From: Raja brachyura
Lineage: Eukaryota
DNA length: 64,000 bases
Reading direction: 5' to 3'
Assembly: GCA_963514005.1 (NCBI GenBank)
Contig: OY740810.1
Coordinates: forward strand, 20,088,001-20,152,000
Both the position numbers and the translations under genes were made by a program. Positions 63,260 to 64,000 of this stretch are shown here, piece after piece; the first letter of the stretch is position 1; every line of letters begins with the position of its first letter. A model generated the notes under the pieces. The model had not been told where the DNA came from and made no database searches. It saw only the letters and a program-made list of their open reading frames with translations.

Positions 63260-64000
63260 GATCCTACCTACTCAATCAGATGAATGGTCCACAAAGGAAC
63301 CACCCTGTGTTGATGTATTTTGGTATCACCACTGATTCCATTCAAACTGGGAGGAGACATCTTGGGCACACAGAATGGGAGGAGATATCTTGGGCACACA
63401 GCCACAGAAAGAGGTTTGTCGGTCTGCAAACCCTACTTGCATCTTGAGGTCTTCACAAAGGCAGAGGGAATTTGCTAGAAGCCATTGTTTCAATCTGGAA
63501 AAAAATAAATGGGATACATTTATTCGAATGGCGAAAAAGGTCAATCCTCCATATGTTCAGAGACATAAGTATGAAGACTGCAGATGATGAAATCCAGAAC
63601 AAAGAACAATACTGGAGAGGCAAGAGGTGCAGGTTGAGGCTTAAGGTTGAAACCCCGCAATAAGACTGAGAGGGAAGAGGAAGGATTGTCAGTATATAGC
63701 AGCACAGAGGGGACAGGATTGTGGGCAATAAGTGACAGAAGGGAATGATGGGTGTATTGAAGCAGGTAGGAGGAAAGGAGGGGATGGAGAGGTGTGCAAA
63801 GAGAGAAAAAACGAATGGACAGTGAGTGTGTGTGTATGTGTATGGTGGTGGTGGGGGGAAGGGGGGGATAACTTGAATGTTGGTTACCTGATTTTGGAAA
63901 ATTCAATGTTCATATCATTGGATTGTAAACTACCCAAGCAGAAAACAAGATGTTGTTCTTCCAATTCATGTTTAGCCTCTCCGCAGCAACAGGTTGGTGT

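Overview
Eukaryotic, repeat-rich vertebrate DNA, most likely from a cartilaginous fish such as a skate or ray. This is inferred from the cluster-type Ig light chain and the CR1/Penelope/SINE repeat landscape. Three host genes are supported. (1) One split (rearranging) immunoglobulin light-chain cluster, leader-V-[12RSS]-[RSS]-J-C, of sigma type at 3254-5956 (+). (2) A four-exon RPL37 gene at 15853-27537 (-), which the ORF track misses. (3) A single-exon full-length TICAM1/TRIF CDS at 61178-63259 (-). The rest is mostly transposable elements: CR1 and Rex1/Babar LINE fragments, tRNA-SINEs, Penelope-like (GIY-YIG) fragments with many hammerhead-ribozyme-like repeats, non-autonomous Helitrons carrying promoter-like cargo, a Tc1 element, nested hAT-like and Harbinger-like elements, and two decayed endogenous retroviruses. 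A 200-N scaffold gap at 38912-39111 separates RPL37 from TICAM1. The strongest leads are the hammerhead-like Penelope repeat family, promoter capture by Helitrons, the IgL-sigma/RPL37/TICAM1 linkage, and the degenerate J-RSS nonamer with a kB-like cluster in the J-C intron.
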